Assembly (NCBI GenBank): GCA_963662275.1
Contig: OY759316.1
Span: 1,216,001 to 1,280,000, forward strand
Origin: Candidatus Cloacimonadales bacterium
GTDB lineage: Bacteria > Cloacimonadota > Cloacimonadia > Cloacimonadales > DAONDQ01
Direction: 5' to 3'
Length of the DNA stretch: 64,000 nt
In this document: positions 47,918 through 57,112 of the stretch, piece by piece
Position numbering within the stretch: position 1 is the stretch's first letter
Layout of the letters: every line of letters begins with the position of its first letter
Notes under the pieces: model-generated
Database searches by the model: none
The model's input: only the letters and a program-made list of their open reading frames with translations
What the model was told of the DNA's origin: nothing
Position numbers and translations under genes: made by a program

Positions 47918-49192
47918 ATGGCTCATCATTCAGCTAAATCAGAATATTATCAATTACAGGAACGGTTGAACCGTTTTCCCCAGGGAGCGCCTCCTTCAGA
48001 TACATTATATAAGATTTTACAAATACTTTTCAGCAAAAAGGAAGCAGAACTCGTTTCCCAACTTCCCATTAAGCCTTTTACTGCAATAGATGCTTCTAAA
48101 ATATGGAAGATACCAGTACCTGATTCCCGGAAAGTGCTTAAAGAACTGGCATCACGAGCTATTCTTGTAGATGCAGATTTTAACGGAATCATTTACTATA
48201 CCTTACCTCCACCAATGGCAGGTTTTTTTGAATTCTCCTTGATGCGTGTCCGTGGTGATATCGATCAGAAACTACTTGGAGAGCTTTATTACCAGTATCT
48301 AAATGTGGAAGAAGATTTTATCCGTGATTTGCTCTTGGGCAGTGAAACACGATTAGGTAGAGTCTTTGTTCAGGAAGAAGTACTGAGTAACGACAATGCG
48401 ATACATATCCTTGACTTTGAACGAGCCAGTAATGTGATTCAGACTGCCACTAAAATTGGTATCGGGATGTGTTATTGCCGTCATAAGATGCAGCATGTCG
48501 GCAAAGCATGTGATGCTCCCATGGATATCTGCATGACATTCAATGGAGCCGGTACATCTTTAATCAAAGCTGGATTTGCCAGGCAGGTTGATGTCTCTGA
48601 GGGAATGGAATTGCTGCACCAGGCGTATGAACATAACCTTGTGCAATGTGGTGAAAACGTGCGTCAGGGAGTCAATTTTATCTGCAATTGCTGTAGCTGC
48701 TGTTGTGAATTTCTTGTGAATGCAAAGAAATTTGGTTCGCTGCAGCCCATTCATACATCCAATTTTATTACACAAGCTGATACTTCTGCATGTATCGGGT
48801 GCGGTAAATGCATCAAAGCTTGCCCGATAGAGGCAATTTCCTACCTGAATCCAACCCCGGGGAATAAAGAAAAACCTAAAGTGCAGATTGACAGAGAGAT
48901 TTGTCTTGGCTGCGGAGTCTGCGTTAGAAGCTGTCCTACAAAGGCACTGTCTTTGGAAAGCCGTCCCGAGAGAATCATCACACCTATCAATTCTGTTCAT
49001 CGGGTTGTCCTGATGGCGATAGAAAAAGGTACGTTTCAAAACCTGCTCTTTGATAACCAGGCATTTGCCAGTCACCGTGCTTTAGCAGCCATATTAGGTG
49101 TGATATTGAAGCTTCCACCTGTAAAACAGATAATGGCGAGTAAGCAGATGAAGTCGGTGTATTTGGAGAAGCTGTGCGCGGGGAGAGGGTAA
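47918..49192 (+). CDS. 4Fe-4S dicluster domain protein
   Basis: CYCR, ICNCCSCCC, two CxxCxxCxxxCP motifs. Confidence 0.88.
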   Translation: MAHHSAKSEYYQLQERLNRFPQGAPPSDTLYKILQILFSKKEAELVSQLPIKPFTAIDASKIWKIPVPDSRKVLKELASRAILVDADFNGIIYYTLPPPMAGFFEFSLMRVRGDIDQKLLGELYYQYLNVEEDFIRDLLLGSETRLGRVFVQEEVLSNDNAIHILDFERASNVIQTATKIGIGMCYCRHKMQHVGKACDAPMDICMTFNGAGTSLIKAGFARQVDVSEGMELLHQAYEHNLVQCGENVRQGVNFICNCCSCCCEFLVNAKKFGSLQPIHTSNFITQADTSACIGCGKCIKACPIEAISYLNPTPGNKEKPKVQIDREICLGCGVCVRSCPTKALSLESRPERIITPINSVHRVVLMAIEKGTFQNLLFDNQAFASHRALAAILGVILKLPPVKQIMASKQMKSVYLEKLCAGRG

Positions 49193-49197
49193 AGGGG

Positions 49198-49246
49198 ACA
49201 GCGTACAGGGTACAGCGGACAGGGTATAGGGTACAGGGGATAGGGG
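49198..49246. repeat. Heptamer array ACAG(C/G)GT, complementary to the array at 49721-50096
   Basis: acagcgt acagggt acagcgg acagggt atagggt acagggg atagggg. Confidence 0.9.
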
Positions 49247-49358
49247 GGGAAAGGGAAATATAGGGGATACAGTTTTTAATTAAGAAAATAATATTTGACA
49301 TATTCTCAATAAATACAGTTCTTAGTGATAACTTTATTCTTAGGGTTTAGGAGGATTT

Positions 49359-49721
49359 ATGCCGGTGCAAAGCTATAAGGAGTTGATCGTTTGGCAAAAA
49401 GCAATGGATTTGGTAGTAGAAGTGTATAAGCTTAGCAGAAGCTTTCCGAAAGATGAGTTATACTCTCTTACTAACCAAATACGAAGAGCTGTTACATCAG
49501 TTCCATCAAATATTGCAGAAGGTTGGGGAAGAAATTCCAGAGCTGAATATCTTCATTTCATATCTATTGCAAAAGGGTCATTGGCTGAAGTTGAAACGCA
49601 ATTACTTGTTGCATTAAGATTGCAATTCATTGACGAACAGCAAATTAATGCTTCATTAAATCTTCGTGAAGAGGTTGGCAAGATGCTATTTGCCTTATAC
49701 GCGAAACTCTCTTCTTCTTAA
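49359..49721 (+). CDS. Four-helix-bundle protein (23S rRNA intervening-sequence protein / TIGR02436-like; Avd-related fold)
   Basis: SYKELIVWQKAMDL, FPKDE.Y.LT.QIRRA..SVPSNIAEG.GR, IAKGSLAE.ETQL; GGAGG RBS. Confidence 0.92.
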   Translation: MPVQSYKELIVWQKAMDLVVEVYKLSRSFPKDELYSLTNQIRRAVTSVPSNIAEGWGRNSRAEYLHFISIAKGSLAEVETQLLVALRLQFIDEQQINASLNLREEVGKMLFALYAKLSSS

Positions 49722-50096
49722 CCCTGTACCCTGTACCCTGTACGCTGTACCCTATACCCTGTACGCTGTACCCTGTACCCTGTACGCTGTACCCTGTACG
49801 CTGTACGCTGTACCCTGTACCCTGTACCCTGTACCCTGTACGCTGTACGCTGTACCCTGTACCCTGTACGCTGTACCCTGTACGCTGTACGCTGTACCCT
49901 GTACCCTGTACCCTGTACCCTGTACGCTGTACCCTGTACCCTGTACCCTGTACGCTGTACGCTGTACCCTGTACGCTGTACGCTGTACGCTGTACGCTGT
50001 ACGCTGTACGCTGTACGCTGTACCCTGTACGCTGTACCCTGTACCCTGTACCCTGTACCCTGTACCCTGTACGCTGTACCCTGTACGCTGTACGCT
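49721..50096. repeat. Heptamer tandem array AC(C/G)CTGT, 53 full units plus a partial
   Basis: Counted by hand; only two unit types plus one ACCCTAT variant (unit 5). Confidence 0.97.
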
Positions 50097-50113
50097 ACTT
50101 CAACGAGGTGAAT

Positions 50114-51064
50114 ATGATAATACCGATTATTTTGTTAATTCTTGGATTTGCACTGTTACTTTTAGGAGCTGATTGGTTAGTCAGAGGTGGTAGTTCCTTA
50201 GCTAAACGGTTTAATGTACCTGAAATTGTCATTGGCTTGACTGTGGTAGCATTCGGTACATCAATGCCTGAACTCATGGTCAATCTGATGTCCAGGCTAA
50301 AAGGCGTCACAGATATTACTTTTGGTGATGCCATCGGTAGTAATAATTTTAATATTCTCATTATCTTAGGGATAACCGCCCTTTTGTGTCCTCTTGTCGT
50401 AAAAAAAGCCACAATTTGGAAGGAAATTCCGTTTGCTCTCTTTGTCGCTCTATTAGTCATGTTCCTGGCAAATGACCAGTGGCTGAATCCCAGAGCTATT
50501 GATATGCTCAGCAGATGGGATGGAATTATCATGTTGGCTTTCTTTGGTCTCTTTCTTATTTATACAGTGCACTTGAGCAAAACAGGAGCAATTGAAGCGT
50601 CTAATGTAAAGGTGTATTCCTTATTTCTTACCATTGGGTTTATCGTTACAGGTATAGTTGGATTGATTGCTGGTGGGAAGGTTGTTATTACCCAGGCTGT
50701 AATCATTGCCGAACAATTTGGTGTTAGTCAAAAAGTCATAGGACTTACGATCGTGGCTGCCGGAACTTCCTTACCTGAACTTGCAACATCAGTCGTCGCT
50801 GCCTTAAAAAAACACCCTGATATTGCCATCGGCAATATCGTCGGTTCCAATATCTTTAATCTCTTATTCATTTTAGGTATCTCATCAACAATCAGTCCAC
50901 TTCCATACAAAATAGCGTTCAACCAGGATTTTACCTTAATGCTTGTTGCTACTACCTTATTGTTCGTCTATATGTTTATCCCAAAGAAACATCGCTTGGA
51001 TAGATGGCAAGGACTCTTGTTTATCCTCATCTATGTGGGATATTGCGTATATTTCCTGAAGTAG
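50114..51064 (+). CDS. Calcium/sodium antiporter (YrbG/CaCA family), copy 1
   Basis: Alpha repeats GTSMPEL / GTSLPEL, GSNNFN / GNIVGSNIFN. Confidence 0.92.
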   Translation: MIIPIILLILGFALLLLGADWLVRGGSSLAKRFNVPEIVIGLTVVAFGTSMPELMVNLMSRLKGVTDITFGDAIGSNNFNILIILGITALLCPLVVKKATIWKEIPFALFVALLVMFLANDQWLNPRAIDMLSRWDGIIMLAFFGLFLIYTVHLSKTGAIEASNVKVYSLFLTIGFIVTGIVGLIAGGKVVITQAVIIAEQFGVSQKVIGLTIVAAGTSLPELATSVVAALKKHPDIAIGNIVGSNIFNLLFILGISSTISPLPYKIAFNQDFTLMLVATTLLFVYMFIPKKHRLDRWQGLLFILIYVGYCVYFLK

Positions 51065-51078
51065 GCTGGGGGAAGGTG

Positions 51079-51141
51079 ACAGCGTACAGCGGACAGGGAA
51101 TAGGAAGTAGTTAGGTGTTAGGTGTTAGGTGTTAGGTGTCA
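51079..51141. repeat. Composite in-phase heptamer array
   Basis: acagcgt acagcgg acaggga ataggaa gtagtta ggtgtta x3 ggtgtca. Confidence 0.85.
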
Positions 51142-51345
51142 GGTTCAGAGCAGATGAGCATCATGTAACTATTAACAATCAGATTTCAATACGGCGATGA
51201 GATAAAAGAACACTCGAATCCCAAGATGCAAGGATGAAGATGGTATATTATCTTCTATCTGTTTCCACAGATCTGCATGTCTCATAAACCTACATTCCAT
51301 TTGACACAATTAATTTTTGAAGTATCTTGATACTATGAGGTGTTT

Positions 51346-52296
51346 ATGCTTATACCTATTATTTATCTGATACTTGGCTTTGTATTACTGATTTTAGGAG
51401 CTGATGGACTTGTAAGGGGAGCAAGTTCACTGGCGAAGAGAATCAATGTACCTGAAATTGCCATTGGTTTGACTGTGGTTGCTTTTGGGACATCAACCCC
51501 AGAATTGATCGTGAATATCTTTTCCAGTATCAAGGGTGCTTCAGATATCGCTTTTGGCAATATCATCGGCAGTAATAACTTTAATATCCTGATCATACTT
51601 GGGATTAGTGCTATGATTTGTCCGCTTGATGTTAAGAAAAGCACAATTTGGAAGGAAATTCCTTTTGCTCTATTCGTTGCAATTTTATGCTTGCTCCTGG
51701 TGAATAACAAATGGTTCAATCCCAATGCGATTGATTTGTTGAGCAGATTAGACGGCTTGCTCATGCTGGGATTCTTTGGTTTGTTTCTTCTTTATACATT
51801 GCACTTAAGCAAAACAGGAGCAATTACAGCATCAAATGTAAAGATTTATTCTCTTCTGCTCACAATTGGATTGATAGTAGCTGGCTTTGTCGGTTTGATT
51901 TTTGGAGGGGATTTGGTAGTCAAACAGGCAATCATCATTGCCAAACAATTCGGTATCAGTGAAAAAGTGATTGCTCTTACTATCGTCGCAGCCGGGACTT
52001 CCTTGCCGGAATTGGCAACATCAGCAGTGGCAGCTTTTAAGAAACACCCCGATATTGCCATCGGCAACATCGTCGGTTCCAATATCTTCAATCTATTGCT
52101 GATACTAGGTGTTTCCGCTTTGATTAACCCACCTTTGTATAAAACATCCTTCAACATAGATTTTTACTTGATGATTTTCTCTACTGCCCTGTTATTCGCT
52201 TATATGTTCATTGCTCGGAAACACCGTTTGGATAGATGGCAAGGCGTTTTATTCATCCTGATCTATGTTGTTTATGTGGTTTTTCTACTGAAGTAG
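51346..52296 (+). CDS. Calcium/sodium antiporter (YrbG/CaCA family), copy 2
   Basis: Same motifs and length as copy 1; tandem paralog. Confidence 0.92.
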   Translation: MLIPIIYLILGFVLLILGADGLVRGASSLAKRINVPEIAIGLTVVAFGTSTPELIVNIFSSIKGASDIAFGNIIGSNNFNILIILGISAMICPLDVKKSTIWKEIPFALFVAILCLLLVNNKWFNPNAIDLLSRLDGLLMLGFFGLFLLYTLHLSKTGAITASNVKIYSLLLTIGLIVAGFVGLIFGGDLVVKQAIIIAKQFGISEKVIALTIVAAGTSLPELATSAVAAFKKHPDIAIGNIVGSNIFNLLLILGVSALINPPLYKTSFNIDFYLMIFSTALLFAYMFIARKHRLDRWQGVLFILIYVVYVVFLLK

Positions 52297-52309
52297 GTTG
52301 CAGAAGGTA

Positions 52310-52442
52310 ACAGCGTACAGCGTACAGCGTACAGGGAATAGGGATTAGGGAATAGGGAATAGGGAATAGGGATTAGGGAATAGGGATTAGGGAATAGGAA
52401 GTAGTTAGTAGTTAGTAGTTAGTGAGGTGTTAGGTGTTAGTG
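52310..52442. repeat. Composite in-phase heptamer array, 19 units
   Basis: acagcgt x3, acaggga, (a/t)taggga x8, ataggaa, gtagtta x3, gtgaggt, gttaggt, gttagtg. Confidence 0.9.
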
Positions 52443-52732
52443 AGGAACGGGATTGAAATCCCCCCTTGAGAAGGGGGGTAGGGGGGTCTTTTTCTCTGAG
52501 CTGGGACTTGATACATGAAACCTGAAACCTGACCTTCCTTGAGTAGGAGGTGAGTTGTATGGAAATTCGTCCTCAATCCCCCCTTGAGAAGGGGGGTAGG
52601 GGGGTCTTTTTCTCCGAGCTAGTACCTGACACCTGAAACCTCACCCCTGTATTCCAGGTTTTTCTACATTTAACATCAGATAAATATTGACTGTATTTCC
52701 GCATATACTTACTTATTATTTAGGCGGTGTAT

Positions 52733-53566
52733 ATGCGAATAATACATCTGATTCCCCTGTTGGGCGTTCTATTCCTTACCGGTTGTGCGACAGCAGATTT
52801 ATCAATCCTGGATAATGCTGTTCCTCTGAAAGCCAAACAATTACAAATCACGGAATATCAGTCTTTGGGCATAGATGCATTTACCTTAGCAGGACAAGTT
52901 CCTGACACACTTGGTTTTGGTGCTATTTCCAAAATCAATCAGCCCTATATTGGATGTTTAAGTGGAATTCAAGTCGGTCTTGGTTTGGGGAAAGACATGG
53001 AAATAGATACAAAGTTGTCTGGTGGTCATGAACCTATTGGAGAAGCATTTCTCATTGCCTATCAGATCAGCATGAAATATCGTCTTTACCATCCTGAACA
53101 GAATGTTTCAATTGCTGTGATGCCTGGTCTCAAGTTTCAAAAGTGTACTGGTGTTGAACTACCTGAACCTCAACTGCTTGGGCATGCTGATATGTATTAT
53201 GATGCTTCTATTCATACTATCGAGATGCCCATAATCATCTCTTGGAAAACGAAGAGCAAATACCCGTTTAATCCATTACCCGGGAAGTATCCATTTCTCC
53301 ATTCCATCATAACAAGGGTAAGTTACGATAGAATAGCGATTGACTATTGGCATTATGTGAATCCAGATAATGAAATTAGAAGGCAGAAAGATGTAAATAC
53401 TTGGAGGGTTGGTTTACTTTATAATCTGGCACTGCCCAATTGGTTATCAATATCGACCTTGAGTGTGACTTGTGGAGTTGAGATCAGTCCCTTGAACTAC
53501 AGTAATGTGAATCTCATACCTGTCATTGCCGTAGGCATGAGATTTCCGCAAAGATATGATTATTAG
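52733..53566 (+). CDS. Hypothetical lipoprotein, beta-rich (possibly outer membrane)
   Basis: Lipobox LTGC after a hydrophobic stretch; alternating-residue beta pattern. Confidence 0.65.
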   Translation: MRIIHLIPLLGVLFLTGCATADLSILDNAVPLKAKQLQITEYQSLGIDAFTLAGQVPDTLGFGAISKINQPYIGCLSGIQVGLGLGKDMEIDTKLSGGHEPIGEAFLIAYQISMKYRLYHPEQNVSIAVMPGLKFQKCTGVELPEPQLLGHADMYYDASIHTIEMPIIISWKTKSKYPFNPLPGKYPFLHSIITRVSYDRIAIDYWHYVNPDNEIRRQKDVNTWRVGLLYNLALPNWLSISTLSVTCGVEISPLNYSNVNLIPVIAVGMRFPQRYDY

Positions 53567-53933
53567 CAGGATAGGGGTTTGCGGTAGTAAACCCGTCTTC
53601 TTTTCTCTTCTGCTCTGAACTGTTCTCTGTACGCCTGTTGTCACAATTGGACTAAGATATTATGGACATCATGATAAGTTGTCTTATTAGATAAGGCATC
53701 GATAGTCAAATCTCCACATATTTACATTCTTCATTATATTCCAAAACTAATATCCCAAAACTAAAATAACATATGAACTTGCACTTCTTTGCCCTTAATT
53801 ACTACCTGTTTCATACCAGTTTGATTCCTGTTTCATACCAGTTTCATTCCTGTTTCGCGAGACAGGAAAGAGATTGGATTGGGATTGGTATGGGATTGGA
53901 TATGGATTGGTAGTATCTTTGCGGTTTATTTGT

Positions 53934-54016
53934 TGAGTAAGACTCCGATCTTACTGCGTTGAGTATGACTCCGATCTTACTTGATTCCTTTCGTGGAGTA
54001 GGATTCCGATCCTACT
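53934..54016. repeat. Three copies of GAGTA(A/T/G)GA(C/T)TCCGATC(T/C)TACT REP-like hairpin (related copy 11327-11346)
   Basis: Read directly. Confidence 0.7.
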
Positions 54017-54182
54017 AAATGCATTTTGCTCGTTGTGTTCATTTAGTTACTGAGGGTGAAAGGAATTTGACTCACACACACTAGACCCCCCTACCCCCCT
54101 TCCCAAGGGGGGAGTTAGTCTCAAGGGTGGTGTAGAAAAGTTCCACACGGGCGTACTGCCGCACGCCCCTACTCTGCAATTT

Positions 54183-56963
54183 TTAATTTTTAACTTTTAA
54201 TTGTATGATGTCTTCTCTTATGAAATTTGCTTTTCCAAGGCCGATATGCAGAACTTCTTCATTTTGAGAAGTCGTGCCTTTACCACCATTCAATTCACGA
54301 TACCAGTAAATGGGTTTACCATTTTTAATCATGCCAGTGACTCGAATACGTGTACCAAATGCAGGAGAATTAATCATCGTTGGAATTCCAATTAATCTGA
54401 CTCGATTGTTTGTCGGTTGCTTAATTTGCACACGCTTGATTTGAATGATATTTTTTTCCCAGGTTAGTTGAAATTCTACAGAAACATATCCGTTGCTTGT
54501 CACATTATGCAAGAGATGAACTCCGCTGCCGCTGCCAACGCACAGATCGAGCAGACCATCACGGTCAATATCCGCAGTCGCATTTCCCCAGCCGTTATAG
54601 ACCCTGGTTCCTGAGAGCCAGGTCACATCTGAGAAAGTACCATTTCCATTGTTCAAATACAGGTAGGAACGTTCATTTTCATAAATGGATGTGATGAATA
54701 AATCCAAATCACCGTCATTATCAGCATCAAACCAGTTCGGGTCGCTATGCAATTCATCATAATGAATTCCTGACTGATTGGTGATATCTGTAAACTGGTT
54801 GTATAAAATCTTCTGGTTACCGATAATAAGAGTTTTTTTGCCATCATTGCGCAGGAGCATACTCTTATCTGAAATATCCAGATATCTTGGATGAGCAAGA
54901 TTAGCGATAAAGATATCCAAGTCCCCGTCATTATCGAAATCACCCCAATCTGCACCAATCGTATGACCGTAATATCCTTTCTTGAGTTTTCCAGCTAAGC
55001 CATCACGAGCAGCAATATCCACATATTTGCCATCCTGCCAATCCCAGAGAAAGTTACGATCCAAGCGATAATTGCTGACAAAGATTTCTGTTTCACCGTC
55101 GTTGTCATAATCAGCAGGGGAGACCCCTCTGCCGGCTTGTCCATGATCATGTGTATAAGCTGGAGTCCTGAATCCCAGTTCGTTGGAAGCATCATGGAAA
55201 AAGCTCTTTTGATTATCCCAGAAGAAATCAGGATAACCATCACGGACATTCCACGTTTCATAATTAGCAAAATACAAATCGGGAAAGCCATCATGGTTCC
55301 GATCTACCCAAGCTGCCCCTTCTGTAGGGGATTTATCATTGATATCGCCAGCTCTTTCATTTACATCAGCGAATTTTCCATTACCCATGTTCTTGAATAA
55401 GCGGTCACCATTTTCATCGAGGGAAGAAGAAGTCATTACGAAGTCTAATGAACCATCCTGGTTGAAATCGGCAAACAGACCCCCATTCCCGTTGTATTTG
55501 CTCAAACCTGCTGCTTGAGTGATATTCTCGAATTTCAAGTACTTTTTATTCTCATACAAACGGCATCCATTAAAAAGCAAATCGGGGTAATTATCTTCAT
55601 TGAAATCACCGAAAGCCACACGTCCGTAATTGATGGAATCTAAGCCCGCAGTTTTAGTAATATCCCTGAATATAGGACCGTTGTATCTTTTTAAAAACCG
55701 ACACCAGTCTAATAAATCACTGGTAACATTCAACTTTTTCTGGAGTACTTCCAGGTAACCGATAGCTGCTTTATCGAAACGGTTACGAGGAGAACCCAAG
55801 ATAAGGCATTTTGTGAAAGCCAAGGCAGCTTCCATATATGATTGGGGATTGTCGATTAACTGCAGATATTTTCCTTCCCAAAATGTCTTTTCAGCTTGTC
55901 TTCCAGCATCGTTATCATCAAAGATGACAGAATTTAGTTCTTTCATCCCTGAATTCCAGGAGTCTGTTTTCTTAGGTAAAAGAAAACAGAGACTATCTTC
56001 ATTTCCATACCGGTTTAACTCAGAGAGAATTGTATAATAAGAAGCTTTTACAGATAGGAACCGCAGACGGTTCTGCCATTGTCGGTTATCTAGAATCTCG
56101 TAGCTGATTTGAATGCTATCTGTAATCTTAATCTTCATTAAATCAGAAATTGCATTTTTTGCCAGGAGTAACAATTCTTGGTTAGCAGAGCCATTCCTGT
56201 AGTTTTTACGAACATCAGGATCAAGCATCAGAGCTGTTGTTAAAAATACATAATCATGTGCTTCCTTACGTACGGTGAGTAAGGAATCCACAACACGATC
56301 GTAGTATTTTTGATTCACAAGTCCTGAAAGTCTATAATAGCGTGCAGTATTGATCCATTTTGAATGAGGGTACTGAGTTATAAATCTGTTAATCAAGTTA
56401 ATTCGAAGGCTGTCATTCCTTTCCACCGCAATATTATCTATGCTGTCCTTACAAAAATCCCGCTCAATTTCAGGAGAATAATGATCTAATAGGCTTACTT
56501 CCTTAATAAATGCATCATTGTCCATATCTGAAGAAATAAATCGAATGTAAAGATTATCCGCCGGATCTTTGAATAGTGATGCTAATTTTTCGATCAGTTC
56601 CTTCTTTTGATTCAGAAGGATTGGATCATGTGATTTCTGAGTCATATTAAATGCTAATCCAGCAGCATCAAGGTTTCTTGTGTTGATTGCTTCTGCTTCC
56701 AAAATAGTTAGTGCTTTTAATGTATCCTGTTCACTTAAGGCAAGATCAGTAAGAATTGGATATGTCCTGGCATCTTGCGGTATTTTTTGTTGTAAACCTA
56801 ATAATTCTGTTTCATTTGCTTTCAAAACAGACCACAATTCTTTATCATGACATAACTGATAATCTTCGATCGAGATCGGGTTAATAGAAAAAAGTGATGA
56901 TGTTATCCAGAAAGCAATCAGCAGTAACTGACTTTTAATGCACATAAGAATCTCCCATCTCAA
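54183..56963 (-). CDS. FG-GAP/VCBS repeat (CRTAC1/ASPIC-UnbV-like) protein with helical N-terminal region
   Basis: Repeated DFNEDNYPDL, DFNQDGSLDF, DYDNDGETEI, DFDNDGDLDI, DADNDGDLDL; C-terminal SQN...LHIGLG. Confidence 0.82.
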   Translation of the reverse strand: MRWEILMCIKSQLLLIAFWITSSLFSINPISIEDYQLCHDKELWSVLKANETELLGLQQKIPQDARTYPILTDLALSEQDTLKALTILEAEAINTRNLDAAGLAFNMTQKSHDPILLNQKKELIEKLASLFKDPADNLYIRFISSDMDNDAFIKEVSLLDHYSPEIERDFCKDSIDNIAVERNDSLRINLINRFITQYPHSKWINTARYYRLSGLVNQKYYDRVVDSLLTVRKEAHDYVFLTTALMLDPDVRKNYRNGSANQELLLLAKNAISDLMKIKITDSIQISYEILDNRQWQNRLRFLSVKASYYTILSELNRYGNEDSLCFLLPKKTDSWNSGMKELNSVIFDDNDAGRQAEKTFWEGKYLQLIDNPQSYMEAALAFTKCLILGSPRNRFDKAAIGYLEVLQKKLNVTSDLLDWCRFLKRYNGPIFRDITKTAGLDSINYGRVAFGDFNEDNYPDLLFNGCRLYENKKYLKFENITQAAGLSKYNGNGGLFADFNQDGSLDFVMTSSSLDENGDRLFKNMGNGKFADVNERAGDINDKSPTEGAAWVDRNHDGFPDLYFANYETWNVRDGYPDFFWDNQKSFFHDASNELGFRTPAYTHDHGQAGRGVSPADYDNDGETEIFVSNYRLDRNFLWDWQDGKYVDIAARDGLAGKLKKGYYGHTIGADWGDFDNDGDLDIFIANLAHPRYLDISDKSMLLRNDGKKTLIIGNQKILYNQFTDITNQSGIHYDELHSDPNWFDADNDGDLDLFITSIYENERSYLYLNNGNGTFSDVTWLSGTRVYNGWGNATADIDRDGLLDLCVGSGSGVHLLHNVTSNGYVSVEFQLTWEKNIIQIKRVQIKQPTNNRVRLIGIPTMINSPAFGTRIRVTGMIKNGKPIYWYRELNGGKGTTSQNEEVLHIGLGKANFIREDIIQLKVKN

Positions 56964-57112
56964 AGATTGCTTAAATACGGAAATTATCTTTCTATTGTCA
57001 AGAGAAAGCGGTTTAAATCTAAAATCAATGTAATCTCAGAAATAATTCTTGCAAGATTATTCTGTATTCTTCTTCTGTATTCAACCAAAAACATGAGTTG
57101 GGAGGAAGCAAT

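Noticed and set aside
49359..49721. Diversity-generating retroelement or 23S rRNA intervening sequence
   Set aside because: No reverse transcriptase, no TR/VR pair with adenine-specific differences noticed, and no rRNA sequence flanks the gene.
49666..50172. 168-aa ORF of PCTLYAV repeats
   Set aside because: It is simply the translation of the stop-free heptamer array, overlaps two real genes and has no RBS.
50095..52157. Similar antisense ORFs opposite both antiporters
   Set aside because: Their similarity merely mirrors the duplicated sense genes.
53934..54016. Three short repeats as a mini-CRISPR (likewise 7622-7756)
   Set aside because: Spacers are too short or irregular; the units are REP-like palindromes.
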